A stretch of 64,000 bases of DNA from Paraspadella gotoi. Its lineage: Eukaryota; Animalia; Chaetognatha. How positions within the stretch are numbered: the stretch's first letter is position 1; each line of letters starts with the position of its first letter. Both the position numbers and the translations under genes were made by a program. Under the pieces are notes generated by a model that saw nothing but the letters and a program-made list of their open reading frames with translations, ran no database searches and was not told the origin of the DNA. Below, piece by piece: positions 54,869 through 64,000 of the stretch. Where the stretch lies: the NCBI GenBank assembly GCA_051294375.1, contig CM119270.1, positions 11,786,416-11,850,415 of the forward strand, given 5' to 3'.

Positions 54869-56536
54869 AGAAAGAAGAAAGAAAGAAAGAAAGAAAGAAA
54901 GGAAAGACAGAAAGAAAGAAAGAAATAAAGATAGAAAGAAAAGTAAAGTTAAACCTCAAAAAAGGAGGTTTTACGGTGTTGCAAGTTGAAATACTATCGA
55001 ACTTGGAAACCAAGCCAAGCGCCTCTAGAAAAATTCCCCATAAAAAAACTTTTTCTTTTTCGCTTCATTCCGCTCGCTTAGATGGCACCACTGTTTTGGC
55101 TCCGCTGGCGCATCGGCGCCCAAACTCGCATCTTAATGGCTGCTAAACTACTGTAATTCGACCCGCGCCACAACGACGAAAACATTAGGAAAAATTAGTT
55201 TGACATATACGGAGAAGTGTTAACGAGAGCCGTGACCTATCGGTATCTCATAAAAAATAAATCAATCATTTCATCGATTCGATAAAAAAAAAAAATCGTT
55301 TTCTCTCTTTTTCATTCAATCAAAATTCTCGTAATTAATTATATATATATATTAATAATAATATTCTATTTGAAAAAAATTCTTAAAAGTATTAAAATAC
55401 CCAACGAGCAAAAGAAGGTTGTAGTAGTTCCTTAAGACTTAATCAAAATGAAAATTTTTACTTGCGATCCGAGAAAAAACGAAAAACGATTAAAAAACTT
55501 TAAAAAAAATATTTATTTTTTTAGAAGGTTGATGACGTCAAAGCCGACGCACTCAAAGTCGACGACATCGACAACAACAACAACAACAACAACAACCTTT
55601 GTGTTAGCTTAAGGAGAAAAAAATAAAAAAGATTCCTCTCCATTTTTCAATATTGAAAAAAACGAAAGAAAAAAAATCGATGAAGGAAAAAAAAAACTGG
55701 ATAAACTTTTTGTTTTTTAAAAAAAAGTTGAATTTTCGATAGAAGGAAAAGAGGAATAAGAGAGACGAAATGGGAGGAAAGAAGAATAACGTTTGCTTCA
55801 TTCATTTTTAACTTCTCTCTGAAAATGTTCGCTTTAATGGTCGGTCCGTCATAATCTTATTGAGAGCTCCTTCGGTAGCTATTTCAGTGTATATTTCCGG
55901 GTAACTCTAGACACCGCGTATCTTTTTATCCTTCTTTGTGAAATAGCGTTGAAATAAGAATGTCCGCATATAGTAAAAAAATAAAAGGGACATTCCTTCA
56001 TCTCCATTTTATTTTCTTTCTTTCAATATGTTGTTGTTGTCCGCTTTTTTCTCTTTATTTTGGTCACGTTCCTTCCAGGAAATACTCGATAAAATTATAA
56101 ATTTTCTACAAAGCTCAATAAAAAAATAAAAAAAAAAAATTCCTGGATCAAAGCGTGACCCTCTTAGCTGAAGGTGAAAACGCTTTTTTTTCGCCTTTCG
56201 TTCTTAGAAAGGATAGAAAAGGATAGAAAGGATAGAAAGGATAAAAGAAAAGACTTATCGGTTGGTTAACAAAAGCATTGTCGGTTTTGGTTCTGACATC
56301 ATCGGATTTTCGGTGGTTTTGAGGCTGAAGAGCGAAAAGACAAACTTTAAAAAAAAAAGATAATACTATATTTAGCAAAAAGTAATAATCCAATAGCATG
56401 TGACTAAGGAGTGGAACCACCTAACTCTCAAAGCTTGGCCTTGAGAGGCTCGCAGCCTGAATGTTGTTGTTTAATTAGGGTGGGGAAAGATTAAAGGAAG
56501 ATAGAGGAAGAGAGGGAGAGAGGGGAGAGGCTTAGG
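47309..56536. repeat. Giant inverted duplication 2 (arms ~47309-51873 and ~52087-56536), probably a fold-back chimera or assembly artefact
   Basis: gatttggcgagtgg (to 51873) mirrors ccactcgccaaatc (from 52087), with a loop of about 213 nt. The right arm carries scattered 1-nt indels and ends beside a 25-N gap. Confidence 0.95.
49502..49515. promoter_or_regulatory. RFX X-box motif GTTGCTATGGAAAC
   Basis: Exact fit to the X-box consensus GTHNYY-AT-RRNAAC. No linked gene start is visible. Mirrored at ~54317-54330. Confidence 0.4.
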
Positions 56537-56549
56537 ATCTCTCTCTTTT
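56537..56549 (+). other. Probable PacBio SMRTbell adapter remnant
   Basis: ATCTCTCTCTTTT equals the first 13 nt of the adapter ATCTCTCTCTTTTCCTCCTCC..., exactly where the mirror match stops and the gap begins. The motif is low-complexity in a TC-rich genome, so not proof alone. Confidence 0.55.
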
Positions 56550-58258
56550 TNNNNNNNNNNNNNNNNNNNNNNNNNTATTTTATTTTGTTGTTACTGATGT
56601 TATTTGTCTTTTTTTACTACAAATAGCACTGTTTAAAATAAATTATTATTCAAGTCGCCTATATAATGAGTAAATGACTAAATCTGAAAAAACGAAAAGG
56701 AAGACAGAAGAATAAAGACACTAGAAATAAATTCTGAGAAAGAGAGATAAAAAAATATTTCATACTAAGAAAAAGTGTTAATGGGAGATAAGAAACAGGA
56801 TACTAGAAAATAAAAAACGCGACAAGAGAAAAATGAGAAAAAAAATTATCAAGAAAGATATAAAAGGCGAAGGATGCAGCAAAAGAAAAAAAAGAGTAAC
56901 GGTGAGAGGAAATGATAAATGGATTCGTGACAATCGAATCGTGAACTCGAGATGAGCCGCTTTTCCTTTCCTCCATTCTTCTCCTTGTCAACCGTTTCTC
57001 CCTTACTTTCCTTTTATCTACTCGTTTCATTTTTCTTTTCCCGAATTTTTCTTTTTTTATCACGCGTTCCTCCGTTACTTTCCTTTTATCTAATCCTTCC
57101 ATTTTCACTTCCTTCTTTCTTCTCCTCATAAACTTTCTTCCGTTACTACTTCTTTTATCCATTTCGTTCCTATTTTTTCATTCCATTTTTCCATTTTTCT
57201 TCCATTTCTTTCCCCATTTTTTTGACGCCCCCTAAAAAAGAAATGTTTTTTGACGCACTCTAAAAAAGAAATGTACCTCTGTTTCGGTTTCCGTCTTCGA
57301 TTCTCCGACGCCGCGTGAAAGTCCTTTCACCGAAATCCCCCGGCTTCGAACCGGTTGACCTTCTCTAAATTCCAACTTTTTCCTTTCTCCTCCTTCTCCC
57401 CAAGCGGTTTTTGGCGGTGGGTTTAAATTTTAAAGCCAGGTAATGATTCCTTTTTTTAAGCATAAAATAGAAGAACATTTAAATTCCACTGTAGATGAAC
57501 TCTAGCTTTCACTCACCCACTCCTTGTGGTCCGAATAATTTCTTTTCTCTCCACAACGTCGGTATTGTCTTTGTTGTTGTTGTTGTTGTTGTTGTTCTCT
57601 AAGCTTGTGTCGTTCTGATTCTTGCGATGTAGATTTATCGAAATTCTCGATGCGTTGAGGGTTCTATATTTGGAGAGTCAGTACAGCGGTCTGGTCATCG
57701 TACATTCAATCATTGATTCAATATTTTATTCATTCATTCATTAAATTATTCATTCATTGATAATTCATAATCCATAATTTTTACCAGCTTCCTTAGAACG
57801 AAAAAAAGTTTTTTTGTCTTTATGACTTTTATATTAAAAAAATTGACAAGTTTCTACAATGAAACTACATACTTTTTTTGTAAAATATCATCAACGCGAA
57901 ATGAGTAGTAAAAAATGAAAAAGTTTGTTTTCGATGATTGACAAATTACCGCTTTTACATACTGATTTTAATTAATTCAATATTATTACTAGCTTTATCT
58001 CACTCTCCGTTAGTTTTGGTTTTAATGAAACTTTTCATCTGGATAAAAATAGAATAAAAAAAGAAAAAAACACTCGTTTTTTTTAATCAATTTCGTTTCT
58101 GGTTAATAGAAATTTAAAAAAAAGGTAATTAAGGCGGAAATGAAGAGCGAGAAAAGGAAAAAAAGGAAAAGAGAAAAAGAAGGAAAAGACAAATTGTCGG
58201 AAATGTGGATCGGAAGACAAAAAATATATTGGGCGAGTGCGTTGGGTAGAAGAAGAGA

Positions 58259-58301
<43 letters not shown>

Positions 58302-58439
58302 AGAGAGCAGCTTCTCCATCCTATTGAACGTACATCCTACACTCGGGATTTCCTGGCCACAATTTTTCATACATTTCTTTTCTGCTCAAACAATTCCCGT
58401 TTTGTTCTCCGCTGTCTCTAACTCTCTCTCTCTCCCTTA

Positions 58440-58494
<55 letters not shown>

Positions 58495-58641
58495 CCTCCC
58501 TCTCTCTCTTCTTTCTCTCTTTCTCTCCGCCTTCCGAGCAATGGGGCCGTGAATAATAAGTGGTAACACGCCGAGTCCACCCCCAGACACGAATCAGACA
58601 CGGATTTCGTTCGGACGTAGGTTGAAATTGGGAAGGAGAGA

Positions 58642-58737
58642 TTCAAGATGGCGTCAGCCGCGTTTCAAGATGGCGGCAACCGCCTTTCGAGATGGCGTTA
58701 GCCGCGTTTCAAGATGGCGTCAGCCGCAATTCAAGAT
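58642..58737 (+). repeat. 22-bp tandem repeat (ttcaagatggcgtcagccgcgt) x4 plus a partial copy, each with a YY1-type motif
   Basis: Units at 58642, 58664, 58686 and 58708. Confidence 0.9.
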
Positions 58738-59163
58738 TGAGACGCGCGATTCATGAGGGCAATAAGAGAGATGCAACAGAATACGACAATATGCAAATTA
58801 GATTGAGGAACACAATCTCATATGAAATAATTCACAAATTATTTATTACACAAATTAATATTACGTGCGTCTACTTCTTTGTTATTTCGCATTGACGATT
58901 ATCATATTATATGTATTGCTGTAACCATGCTATAAAATAGTGTTAATTTTAGGGAAAAAAATATCATAGATGATATATCGGCGCGGTGAACTTATTACAG
59001 ATTTTATTATTAAAGTCTCCTGTCGTTATTCTCTTTCCACCCAAGGCGTATCGATCCGCCTTATCTTTTCTTTTCTTTCTCTTCATCTCGAAGACGATTT
59101 TCTTGATTAATATCGACGCATTTCTTCCACCCCTCCTCGCCCCCCCCCATTTTTTTTCTACAG

Positions 59164-59303
59164 CTTCGTCGTCAGACTCATCTTTGTTATCATCACCATC
59201 TTCGTCGTCGTCGGCGGCATTTTCGTCGTCGCGTTACTCCACGTTCGCCCGGATGTTGAAGACGTCGCGCGTCTCGTCCAAGACATGTCTGCAGCCGAAG
59301 GAG
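59164..59303 (+). CDS. Candidate internal exon, frame ambiguous: Ser-rich ...RYSTFARMLKTSRVSSKTCLQPKE, or TM-like FVVRLIFVIITIFVVVGGIFVVALL...
   Basis: Strong acceptor ttttttttctacag, donor GAG|gtcagt, GC-rich block. Confidence 0.55.
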
Positions 59304-61852
59304 GTCAGTCTTTTGGGGGAGGATGATGGAGAAAATAATGGTTGTGATGTAGAATGCTGGAGATGATGGGAATGATGAGGAAGATCACCCTCACCAAGGG
59401 ATTACAGATTTTTATCACTTCCTCTAGAGAGGTTGATAATGATAAGCGCCAGGTCATTGTCTTCTTGTTATCTATCTCTTTCCTCATCCTACGTTAACCA
59501 GCTTCTTTTATCTTTAAATTACATATGTAGTTAGGAACATAATTACAGAATATGCATTGATCCTTTATTATTATTTATACCTCTCTCAGGCCTCTTCTCA
59601 GCGTTAATAACTTCCCCTCGGATTTTCCCCCTCTCTTTTCATCTTCCTCACCTCTCTTCCACCCCTTATTCCCACCCCAACTCCCCAACCTCCTCCTTCT
59701 GCTCCCCGCTTTCCTCCACGACTCGTCTTCCACTCTCCATATCTCTCCTTTCTTCTTGATCGGCTCCTTTATTAACTTTATAATACATATTATATTCTTT
59801 TTTTTCATGGCCGACGAGAGAAGAGGAAGAGAGAGAGGACGATGACGAGAGCCGCACCGGAGAGAGATGATGAGGATAGATATGAGAGAAGGGATAGAGA
59901 CGAGAGAGGAGAGAGAGAGAGAGAGAGATAGACCTAGTGGGCTCTCGTTTTTCTTCCTAGTACTTCACTTAACCGCTCACGGCCTTCATTCAATATCTCG
60001 CTATATTCCAATTACGATCCAATTCTCTATCCCTCGTCGGCATCTGGAATGAAACAACCCATTATCTTTCGAAGTGAACATTTTCCAAAATACAATTGGT
60101 ATTTAACAGCAACATAAAGTTCGTATTTTGATATTTGATTTAACGGAATTTATATCAAATTTTATTTGCGACGATACTATATTACTAAAACTTTATGAAT
60201 AAGTTACATCGGTCATAAATTTCTCTTTTATGACGGGGCCGGGCGTCGTTATCGCCCACGAGGTGGCGGCTCGGGCTCCGAGTCGCAAAACGCCATCTCT
60301 CGTCGCAAGTCTCAAATCTTTCTCCGCGCCCTCTTGGCCTCTACAAGACTCCTGCCCTCTTGGCCTCAACAAGACTCCTGCCCAGTAACCTTCCCTGCCA
60401 TATCCACTCTCCTTTCCCTCCCTCGCTCCACACTCCACACTCCACACTCCACACACCAAAGCCTTTCTTCGCCCACTGCAACTTCCTCCAATTCGTCATT
60501 CGTTCTCCGCCTCTTATATCATGCTCTCTGCATATTTCCAAAATGCACGGCATGACATTAATGCCTTTCTCTCGGGACAGATAATTCTCTCCCAGTTTCT
60601 ATCATGTCGTACCCAAAATCTAAATCAATTTTGACGTAAAATATTCTTTGAATATTTAAATTTTATTTCCTATCTCCTCTCCTTTACTATTTTCTCTTCT
60701 ACCTCCCTTCATTCGATTGACCAGCTACCCTCGCGACGGGCGGTGGAGAAAAATTAAAAAGAATCATAAAGATATAGATCCCCCCCTTTTCCTCAACTCT
60801 TAATGCAATGTCGACCACAATGACCGGACAATGGTCTCTTCGGGGCATAACAGGGATGATATACGGTTGACAGTAGAAAAACCTACGTATTTAATTCTGC
60901 GAAGTTAGCAGAGGATATTGCACATTGTGCAATGCACAATGCACAGAGTCCTCGTTCGGATTTTAAAAAGGAACTTTTTCAATATAAATTTCAGAAAAGA
61001 AAAGTTTTTTTACCACTCGTGTACTTCCGACACGGCTTCTTTGTTTCCTCGTCTCGTTGATTACAGTCCCGAAATGACCAAAGGGACAATGTCAAAACTC
61101 CGCACGACAAAGTCTTTTTTTCAAAGTCCCTAAGGCGACTCTTTTTTTGGATTATGATCTCCGGTCTTTCCTGTCTTCTCAGTCATTTTTACATGTCTCT
61201 TCCTCGTCCACTCATCTCTTAGTCATCTTTTCATCTCGTCTCATCTCCTCAACCGCTCATTTCGTCCACGTAACTACACGATCTCTGGCGGACAACGACG
61301 GAGCCTTTTTTTTTCCGCGGAAGAGGGCGGTTGGGGATCGAAAAAAAATGGCGCGCAGGGAAAGAAACTTAAAAAAAGTGTAACAGAAATAAAGGAGAAA
61401 AGGGATGAAGGAAGGTAAATATTAAATAGAGATCGAGATAATAAATAAATGAAAGAGGGAAGGAGAGAAAAGAGGGAGATAATCGGCAAAAGTAATTAAA
61501 TATTTAAAAAATTACGGGTAAATAAAAGCGGGAAGGGAAAAGAAGGTGAAGACAAATAGTGAGGGAAAAGATAATTTGCGGGGGAATTGATGACGATGTA
61601 TAATCGGTACGGGAAAAAATGGTGAATATGTAATAACAATAATATCCAAAGATAAATAATTAAAAATAAAGTGAAAAAATTAGAAGAGCACATCTATAAA
61701 AGAAGGAAAAAAATAAAAGATAAGTTAAAATTTAGAAGAATAATAATTTTTTCCGTAATAGCTTTTTGACGGAGACCATTTGAAGGTAGTGGAGAAATCG
61801 GGTTTGGCGAAAATAAAAGGATGTAAAACACAAACCGGTTTTATCTTTGAAC

Positions 61853-62344
61853 TTTCGATTAGGAGTCAACTTCTTCTTCCGCCCTTTGCAAGTTTTTTTT
61901 CTCGGTAATATGTATTTGAAACAGCGGGATAAGGGAGAAGATCGATCTTAACGGACAAGTATCTAATGATTTAATTCCTCCCGAAAAATATTTTTAAAAA
62001 GCACGTCTTCCCGAGTGACGTTTAAAAAAACGATAGTATTTCTAAACTTGTCTCAAATTATTCCGTGGTGAACTCAAATCACTACTACGAGTGTNNNNNN
62101 NNNNTTTCGATTAGGAGTCAGCTTCTTCTTCCGCCCTTTGCAAGTTTTTTTTCGGTAATATGTATTTGAAACAGCGGGTTAAGGGAGAAGATCGATCTTA
62201 ACGGACAAGTATCTAATGATTTAATTCCTCCCGAAAAATATTTTTAAAAAACACGTTTTCCCGAGTGACGTTTAAAAAAACGATAGCATTTCTAAACTTG
62301 TCTCAAATTATTCCGTGGTGAACTCAACTCACTACTACGAGTGT
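61853..62344 (+). repeat. Direct ~240-bp duplication across a 10-N gap (unmerged contig or haplotype overlap)
   Basis: 61853-62094 vs 62105-62344, with about 6 substitutions and one small indel. Confidence 0.9.
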
Positions 62345-62422
62345 CATCCGGGATTGGGAGATATTCGCATTAAAGCCCGTATGATACTGACTATGCATCT
62401 CTCTGAAGGATCAGGTTCTTCC

Positions 62423-62460
<38 letters not shown>

Positions 62461-63325
62461 CTGAAAGTGGGTGATTATGGCACCAGCGCCTGATAGAATA
62501 TTGAATTAGGCATGGAGCTAGGATAAGAAAGTTCAGCGAAGGGTAACGTCTTGTATGATTTTTCTTTTTTGAATAATTGATTAAATTTTATATTATTTTT
62601 GCAAAGAGCAAAGAAAGTATGAAAGCATGAGGGAAACGACGGAGCTGATTAGTTCGCGAGATTAGCGATGGAAACTTATTTAAGGCCTCCTTTCATTAAC
62701 GTATCTTTCCGTGTATTAGATCAACCGGTTTAAAAATCTATTTCGACGCCAAAAACCGTTTCGAGACCCAACTCCTCCGTCCGAGAGATAACGCCTCTTT
62801 CTCCGCTTCGTGTTAGCCTCTTGTTTTTGTTTACGTTTTCGTCGACGACGAAACGACGACGACGACAACTCCCTCGGGCGAAGAGGGATTTCCGATGAAA
62901 ATTTTATTGGCCCGCGCCGTTTCCCCGGGCTTGGCCCTTTTCCCCCTTTCCCCGAAGTTGCGAGATCGTTTTTTTTTTTTTTTTTTTTTAGAGATATCTT
63001 TTCAAATAGCTTTTCCTTCTTTTATTCTCTTTTAACCGCTTACGTTCGCAAACTTATCATGTCGTCCATCCTATTTCACATATTTTTGTTAAAAGAAGAA
63101 ATAAATATAAATTAATAGATCTCGCAAACCTATTTTTTAGGTGATAAAATAATTACTATAGTATTTCAGGATTCCATTTATAATTTTGCATCAGATTTTG
63201 GCGATTTAGCAATCAATATTTAAAACCAGTTTTCCTTCGAAGGCACCGGCCGTCCAAATTCCTTTTCGTATATGATCCCATCACTTCGCTTCAAATCGAC
63301 CTTCCTCCCTCCGCTTTCCCTCCAG

Positions 63326-63469
63326 GTGGCCATTTCGCTGAATTGCTCCGCCGCTTGTCTCCATGGAAACGAAGCGTTTTACTCTTTCGCTCGAAACCCG
63401 AAGCTTCGATGCATCGAACCGAACAACCATTGCGTTACTCGGCGGAATATCACCTGTCAAAGGTTTAAG
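63326..63469 (+). CDS. Candidate internal exon, Cys-rich (VAISLNCSAACLHGNEAFYSFARNPKLRCIEPNNHCVTRRNITCQRFK)
   Basis: Pyrimidine tract and ctccag acceptor, consensus donor AAG|gtgagt, 144 nt. Only phase 0 is open through the donor. It has 5 Cys and two N-glycosylation sequons (NCS, NIT). Confidence 0.65.
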
Positions 63470-64000
63470 GTGAGTGGGGTAAGGCTTACATGACAAATAT
63501 GAAAAGACTACTGAATTAACGAGTGTCATAGATGGCGAAAGTGGCTAGGAAAAATAAATGCTTATGCACATACGAATCATGACTGTTATTTTTCGCGCAT
63601 TGTTGATAAGCAGAATATCATTTTAAAAATGAAAAAAGAAAAATGAAAAAAAAATAAGAAGGTTCAAAATCTTCGTTTGCAACACAGAAAAAATTTTTTT
63701 TTAAATTTATATCATGAAAACCTAAAAAAATTATTTAGTATATTTCTTGTCCACTCTATTTTTTTCAATGGTTGACATTGACTAAATGTACCGATAAATG
63801 AACTGTCAGTGAGAACAAATGGTTAACAAAGGTTGTCGACATAAAGGACGATAAAGACGTTATGAATCACGACACTAAACGGCATCAACGACGACGACCA
63901 CGACGACGACGACGAGGACGACAAACAAAACATAAGCTTAATTTTTTCCTGTTTTTGTTGTTTTTGTGAAATTTTATTCGCAAATATTTAAGAGTTTTTT

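Overview
Eukaryotic (probably invertebrate animal) draft-assembly scaffold. It is AT-rich, saturated with (GA/TC)n, (GAC)n and (GAAA)n microsatellites, shows abundant CpG, and has ten N-gaps. Nearly all ORFs in the supplied track are microsatellite noise. Reading splice sites by hand gives one well-supported 7-exon gene (7635-10950, +, about 403 aa). It encodes a signal peptide, a coiled-coil-like segment, tandemly duplicated ~100-aa Ala/Gly/Lys-rich exons with basic cleavage sites, and an atypical C-type lectin domain lacking EPN/QPD, WND and one conserved Cys. A second, tentative gene for a secreted Cys-rich protein is suggested by exons at 36561-36654, 59164-59303 and 63326-63469 and runs off the window end. 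About 15 kb is mirror-image duplication (arms ~7422-16793/16986-27510 and ~47309-51873/52087-56536). The indel-ridden right arms both end at 25-N gaps, one next to a PacBio-adapter-like fragment, so they are most likely chimeric long-read gap-fill artefacts. Even so, the first mirror arm carries three copies of the Ala-rich exon instead of two. Two tRNA-derived SINE-like elements, several minisatellites and a YY1-motif array are also present. The organism cannot be identified from the sequence alone.
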